NCBI GenBank assembly: GCA_044356215.1
Contig: JBIKWQ010000001.1
Location: forward strand, 1 to 64,000
Direction of reading: 5' to 3'
Origin: Bdellovibrionota bacterium
GTDB taxonomy: Bacteria > Bdellovibrionota_C > UBA2361 > OMII01
Length of the DNA stretch: 64,000 nt
Positions 62,720 to 64,000 of this stretch are shown in pieces. How positions within the stretch are numbered: the first letter of the stretch is position 1; the number at the start of each line of letters is the position of its first letter. A program made the position numbers and the translations under genes. The notes beneath the pieces are model-generated. The model was not told the origin of the DNA and did no database searches. It worked only from the letters and a program-made list of their open reading frames with translations.

Positions 62720-63194
62720 ACTTAAGTGACTCTAACAGCAAAAGCTCACCGACCTCTCGTGTCTAGGTCTGATGAGCTCCAGCGTCTCGCCCCTTTTCTT
62801 GCCATTTCAGCATCTCAGTAAGAGATACATCCATAGCTAAAAAGAGGCACCTGATTTCGCGGTTATCGACTCTACATTGAGCATCTCGACTCCCCAGGCA
62901 TGAGCTCTAGCGCCGGGCAAGCGATCTACAATCGAAGTGATCTCGAACAACACGCGTCGAAATCACAAAGATGCAAGCCAGATAACCACTTAACTAAATT
63001 CACCTTGGTAACGCAGGTGAACTGCGAACCGGGATGATAGGCTAAAATGCGGCCCAAGGGAAGACCCCGGGACCTAGCTGATGCACCCCCGACCCTGTTT
63101 ATTTAGGTATGGGCTGGTTTAACCTGCTTTCAGCTAGTTACCAGGCCACGGCCCAAATAGACCGGATCGAGGGTGCAACAAAAGTAGCTTTAGA

Positions 63195-63584
63195 CTACTT
63201 GAGGGAAGCCTTAGCTCCGGCCTCTTTGAGCTTCTTAACGAACTCCTCAGCCTCAGCCTTAGCAACAGCCTCCTTGACGAGCTTTGGAGCTCCATCAACG
63301 AGATCCTTAGCCTCCTTAAGACCAAGGCCGGTGATCTCGCGAACAACCTTAATAACCTTGACCTTCTCGGCGCCGGCATCATCCAGCATAATGGTAAACT
63401 CGGTCTTCTCCTCTGCTGCGGCAGCGCCACCAGCAGCTGGAGCACCGCCAGCAACCATTGCTACTGGAGCTGCAGCACTTACGCCAAGCTCCTCTTCTAG
63501 CTTCTTTACCATCTTGGCAGCATCCATCAGGGACATACCCTTGATGAAATCCACAACGCCTTCAAACGTGTAGCCTTCTGACAT
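63195..63584 (-). CDS. rplL: 50S ribosomal protein L7/L12
   Basis: [27 protein letters not shown]. Confidence 0.99.
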   Translation of the reverse strand: MSEGYTFEGVVDFIKGMSLMDAAKMVKKLEEELGVSAAAPVAMVAGGAPAAGGAAAAEEKTEFTIMLDDAGAEKVKVIKVVREITGLGLKEAKDLVDGAPKLVKEAVAKAEAEEFVKKLKEAGAKASLK

Positions 63585-63650
63585 GGTTTTACTCCTTTAC
63601 TAACGACACACTAAAATTAACTAACCTAACTCCTACCCAGCTACGACTCT

Positions 63651-64000
63651 TTACGCCGCTGCTGAATCTTCTCCTCCGAGTTTCTTGCGGTAGGCCTCGA
63701 TCGAACGTACCACCTGCGCGCTCGGCTCTGACATAAGTCTTACCAAACGAGTAGCAGGCTCATTGATGAGGGCCAGCAACATAGCGAACGTCTCTTCGCG
63801 ACCCGGCATCTTCGATAACGAATCAACACCAGCCGCATCAACGTATGCGCCATCAAGCCAACACCCTTTCACTCGAAATTTGTCTGCGTTCTCTTTCGCG
63901 AACTTTGCAAGCACCTTTGTTGGTGCGATCGGATCGTTATCGCAGGTAACTACTAACGTAGGCCCTACGATCGATCCTAAGAACTTCTCAAGCTCGCCTG
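63651..64000 (-). CDS. rplJ: 50S ribosomal protein L10 (C-terminal part)
   Basis: GPTLVV...KVLAKFAKE...LSKMPGREE; directly upstream of rplL. Confidence 0.95.
   Translation of the reverse strand, partial: GELEKFLGSIVGPTLVVTCDNDPIAPTKVLAKFAKENADKFRVKGCWLDGAYVDAAGVDSLSKMPGREETFAMLLALINEPATRLVRLMSEPSAQVVRSIEAYRKKLGGEDSAAA

Overview
Bacterial chromosomal window; RpoB/RpoC and gene content suggest a Gram-negative, deltaproteobacterial/Bdellovibrionota-like organism (inference). Core genes: dnaB, argCB, a futalosine-pathway menaquinone cluster (UbiA-family prenyltransferase, ubiX, menG/ubiE, mqnE), a HAD-UbiA/DprE1/DprE2-like trio, trxA, prmA, purHD, dcd, a tRNA nucleotidyltransferase, a TPP-riboswitch-controlled TonB-dependent receptor beside thiN, and rplJ-rplL-rpoB-rpoC. 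Four things stand out. (1) A large secreted beta-propeller-repeat gene is split by a 3,930-bp recombinase-free insert (methyltransferase, TrbB ATPase, SH3 protein, M23 peptidase) bounded by a TCA direct repeat; precise removal restores the reading frame. (2) Several uninterrupted ORFs look like catalytically dead enzymes: an ArgRS-like protein without HIGH, a Cys-free radical-SAM-like protein with a clamp-binding-like tail, a Cys-less L,D-transpeptidase, and degenerate NYN and GlpD homologues. (3) There are at least three families of small palindromic repeats, including a 174-bp MITE with a 5-bp target duplication that disrupts an ORF6N gene. (4) A decayed accessory patch surrounds an intact type II toxin-antitoxin module. 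No tRNA, rRNA or CRISPR array was recognised. All family calls are from motif recognition by eye, not database searches.
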